A DNA stretch of 64,000 nucleotides, taken from contig CM119373.1 of assembly GCA_051294905.1 (NCBI GenBank), positions 5,952,001 to 6,016,000 of the forward strand, written 5' to 3'. The stretch comes from Botryllus schlosseri. Its lineage: Eukaryota. Both the position numbers and the translations under genes were made by a program. Shown here in pieces: positions 60,200-64,000 of this stretch. The number at the start of each line of letters is the position of its first letter. The first letter of the stretch is position 1. The notes under the pieces are model-generated. The model was not told the origin of the DNA. It made no database searches and saw nothing but the letters and a program-made list of their open reading frames with translations.

Positions 60200-63100
60200 C
60201 GATGATTCGTACTTTCAGGCATCTCTCGCGCGGTGTTGAATATGTACGTGTCACCAACAATAACCGCGCAGACGGAAACGTGGCTTGTTGTGAGGATTAA
60301 GCAGTGCGTGCGACAGACGGTGATTCGAATATCAACAATAGTCGCGTTCGCAAACTAACACTTCAAAAAGATGTGAAATATTTGTAAAATCCTACGATCG
60401 CTCACAAGATACCACTTCCGGCATATCAATCTATCACTCAATACACAACCGAAGTTGAATTGTAATTGAATGCATAAATTTATCACCTCGACATCAAAAT
60501 TCGAAAACAACAACTTGACGCTTTATGTTCTCACTCTAATTTCATGATAAGTGTAATAAGTGCCGAATAACAGATACACCACCGGCGAGACTTGAATACC
60601 AACAAATTGTCACTTATTTCTATTCTAGCCGTAATCCTTTGTGAAGTTGACGCTTATTCAAAAAGGTGTGAAATAGTTTGCAAAACCCCGCGATCACTGA
60701 CAAGATAATGTCTCAGACATACCCATCTTTCACGACTTGGTGTCATAGCCATACCGATCGCTCACGCGGTGAAATTTTAGTAATCAGTTTGTCACAGAAC
60801 TAGATTTCACTGGTAAGATTTAATAAATACCGACTATCAGAACCATCAGTGTGGGTAACTTGAATAGCAACAAATTGTCACTTATTTCCGACGAGAAATT
60901 CACTAAACCGCAGTACATTGTGTGATTTTGAAAAACAGATGTTTGCGCTTGCGTTTTGATATGTGCGACCACTAACTACATCCGTTTTGCGAACACGGCT
61001 TGTTGTGAGGATTACGCGCGCGCCCTATATTTCGAATGACCTGCGCGCTGAAGTGCGAAATAGTTTGCTAAATCTAGTAATCAGTCGCAAGGTGTTACTT
61101 TAGTAATTACTTTACCATAGAACCGGCGTAGCCGGTGATTCGAATACCGACAAATTTTCACTTATTTCTGACCCAACCCTAATCCTCTGTGAAGTTGACG
61201 CTTATTCAAAAAGGTGTGAAATAATTGTAAAATCCTAATCCGAAACCGATTATTTTGACTTTGGCGTAGTGTGCATTGAAATAGGATTGACAAACATGAC
61301 TAGCAACTTCCCCACAGTCCCGTTTCGATATTATACACACATTGATTTGAAACAAGTAATGTAACATTACAACTCTATTCCCGATCCAGCTTTCCGTTTG
61401 TCAAAGAGACATTTTAACATCTTACCATACTCAAAAGAATTATTCACAACATTAACAAGTGTTTAAAATCTAGTTTTCACTTACTTGGCTATATCAGTAC
61501 AACTCGCAAACTTGAATTAATTCATCTGGTTGTATTCATAGGACCGATAATTTTTATCCAACTGTAAAGGTCGTTATACTATTCTGTAAGACAGAGTATT
61601 TACTAATCGGTGCATATACGATTTGACTTGGGCATATTATATTTTGAGTATACGAGATTTGAGTGTCAGAACAATAACTGAGAATTAAATTATCACAATT
61701 GAATCCATATACGACAGCGTGAATTAAATTATCACAATTGAATCCATATACGACAGCGTAAAAGATATTGGGATGTCAGCATCTCTTTACGGTTATAGTT
61801 ACAACCACATTACCTAATTTACCCGACCAACTCGTCATGATCATTCCCGAAATCAACACAAACATGACTACTGACTTGAGTCAACCACAAAACAGCATCA
61901 AGTTTTAAATCCACTTGTAGCTTACGGCTTATTTGAATGCGGGTTATGTTTTGTTGTAATTGAGTGTATGGAAATAGTATTACGTCTCTACATCTCACCA
62001 TCTTACCATACTCAAAGAGTCAACCACGAAAACATTGTCAAGTAAATCCGTTTGTAACTTACCCAACCAACTCAAACAGTATCAGTATGGAAAACAGCCA
62101 AACATACACGAATCCATACTATCACTAAAACCTAAAATCCATAACAAGCTTGGTTGTATTCATATCCCTACACATCTTTTTTTATTCAGCTTGAAAAGTC
62201 GTTACTATTCTGTAAGATAGAGGAATTACTACGCGGTATATTCTGCAAGACAAACTAATTACTACTCGGTATATTTTGTAAGACAAAAGTAATTACTTCT
62301 CAGTGTCGGCGACTTGAGATTAACATAATATGTTTGAGTATACGAGATTTGAAAGTCCGACCAACGTAGTTGAGAATTCATTTCTTACAATCGAACAATG
62401 GTGTTATATTCAAAGTTATCATGCTGTGAACATAAGATTGACACATTGATTTGACATATGAGATTTGTAATAGTTGATCATTACTTTATTATTAAATTAT
62501 TTGCGTTAATTAGACCCGGCGTTATGGTAAATGTTATGACAGCAACAAACTTTTCAGTACCAATGTTATTAACACATTAAGCTGTAAAACTATGTATGTC
62601 TGAAATGTTCTTGATAGGAAAATTACTCCACCTTGGTAAAAATCACTCTGCGTATTGCGGATATCAGAAAATATTTCCAGTACCCAAGACTAAAGATGAA
62701 ACGACAATTTCGTTTGCTGATTAACAACCGGTACAATACTTTATCATCATAATCCGCGGTGAGAATTGAAACACTTTCGCGCATTACCCGGTGTCAAGAT
62801 ATCACACTAGGTGAATTGACATACCGCCGCTTGAATAATACCTAATCCGTTCGCACCATTTCACATACTTTGATCATTACAAAAGTAAATTGTGATATGT
62901 TTGTTAGATGCATTCAATTCAACTAGAAGTGTCTGGCACACAACAATCGTAATATCGAAAAAGTACTTGCCACACTGTTATTTGTTAACGTGTTTTGCAT
63001 TGTTGTTCATTTGTAGTATTGATTGTTTTTGAACCCCCAAATCATAATTCCCGACATGAAACCAAGCCGCTGAAAGTCGTTACCATCACGAAGATACAAT

Positions 63101-63600
63101 GTGCACGATGTTTGTCAAATGTGTCCTACCTGGCCAACAGAAAACAATTTTCACTCACTCGAAATGAAACCAATGTGATGGTCTCCATTCGATATTTTGT
63201 TTGTGTCAAATATACTTTGCAATGAACACATTTGCGTGGTTGAGCTTTGCCATCATCAAGCTGTCATTTGTATCGTTTAATTAACCGACATTTAGCGATT
63301 GGTGAACATACCGAACGATACACAGTCACTTCGAAATACTCCGTTGATCATAATTTCCATCATCATAATAATCGAAGTACAATTGCTTCGAATCGCTAGA
63401 GTGGTTGAGCTTTACATCATCAGACTGCCATCTGTACATCAAGAATACATCCACCTTGTAACTGGTTCGTTTACCTAACCGAGTTGTATGCACAGTTTGA
63501 TATTTAGCGATTGCAGAACATACCATTTCGAAATACTGCGTTGATCTCAATTCCTTTGTCGTGATAATCGAAGTATATTTGTTTCGATTTCATAAAAACC
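60200..63600. repeat. Mosaic of degenerate long-period duplications
   Basis: Recurrent blocks: GGCTTGTTGTGAGGATTA (~60282, ~60998), CAAATT(G/T)TCACTTATTTC (~60603, ~60871, ~61151), GTGAAGTTGACGCTTATTCAAAAAGGTGTGAAATA (~60641, ~61190), TTACCATACTCAAA (~61423, ~62003), TTTGAGTATACGAGATTTGA (~61643, ~62334), and a 39-bp direct tandem at ~61681-61760. Confidence 0.8.
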
Positions 63601-64000
63601 AACTTTTCTATGACATGATAAATTTTTGAAAAGTTATACTTAGAAGGTTGGTGCATATCGCGAAAAATAATATACCACCCATATTGATATTGCTACTCCA
63701 TTGATCGGTATTTTCACGCGAGTCGATTTTCAAATGAGTAAAATTTATTACATGAGTTTCTCCGCTTAATGTAAATGAAAACTCAGTCGTCTTTTAACAT
63801 CGCAAAGACATTGATAAAAAGTAAGCAATCAAACACAACACTTTGTACGACACTAGTTATTGTTCCACACATCTCATTTCATACTAAGTGTATACGAAAG
63901 ATATTCATGATGCACGAAAATATTCGCTCATGCTACAAACCTGTAGAATGATTGGTGGTGCAAGGCCAGCACAATTGTGGTATCCATCCGAGTTTAGTTA

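Noticed and set aside
941-64000. Most remaining 60-130 aa ORFs in the track
   Set aside because: No recognisable domains; they overlap introns, MITEs or the antisense strand of CYP exons, as expected by chance.

Overview
Eukaryotic, AT-rich, intron-containing animal DNA; an invertebrate chordate such as a tunicate is plausible but is only an inference. The window holds a tandem array of four same-orientation (minus-strand) clan-3/CYP3A-like cytochrome P450 genes, reconstructed exon by exon from GT-AG boundaries. Copy A (exons 1-7, 2202-5969) has its 3' half outside the window or missing. Copy B (7534-14801) has 13 exons and its usual start ATG is CTG. Copy C (22237-33175) has two frameshifts and is a probable pseudogene. 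Copy D (40791-53674) is intact, 514 aa. All three copies whose I-helix is visible read AGFENT: the conserved O2-activating threonine (AGxET) is replaced by Asn, which points to non-canonical P450 chemistry. Introns and intergenic DNA are packed with transposons, often nested: many hAT-type MITEs with 8-bp TSDs, a TTAA-flanked piggyBac derivative, a Chapaev3-like relic, a 5'-truncated L1/Tx1-type retrotransposon, a Penelope GIY-YIG relic, tRNA-derived SINEs and a foldback element. The last ~4.4 kb is a mosaic of tandem and long-period repeats. No rRNA, bona fide tRNA or CRISPR is supported.
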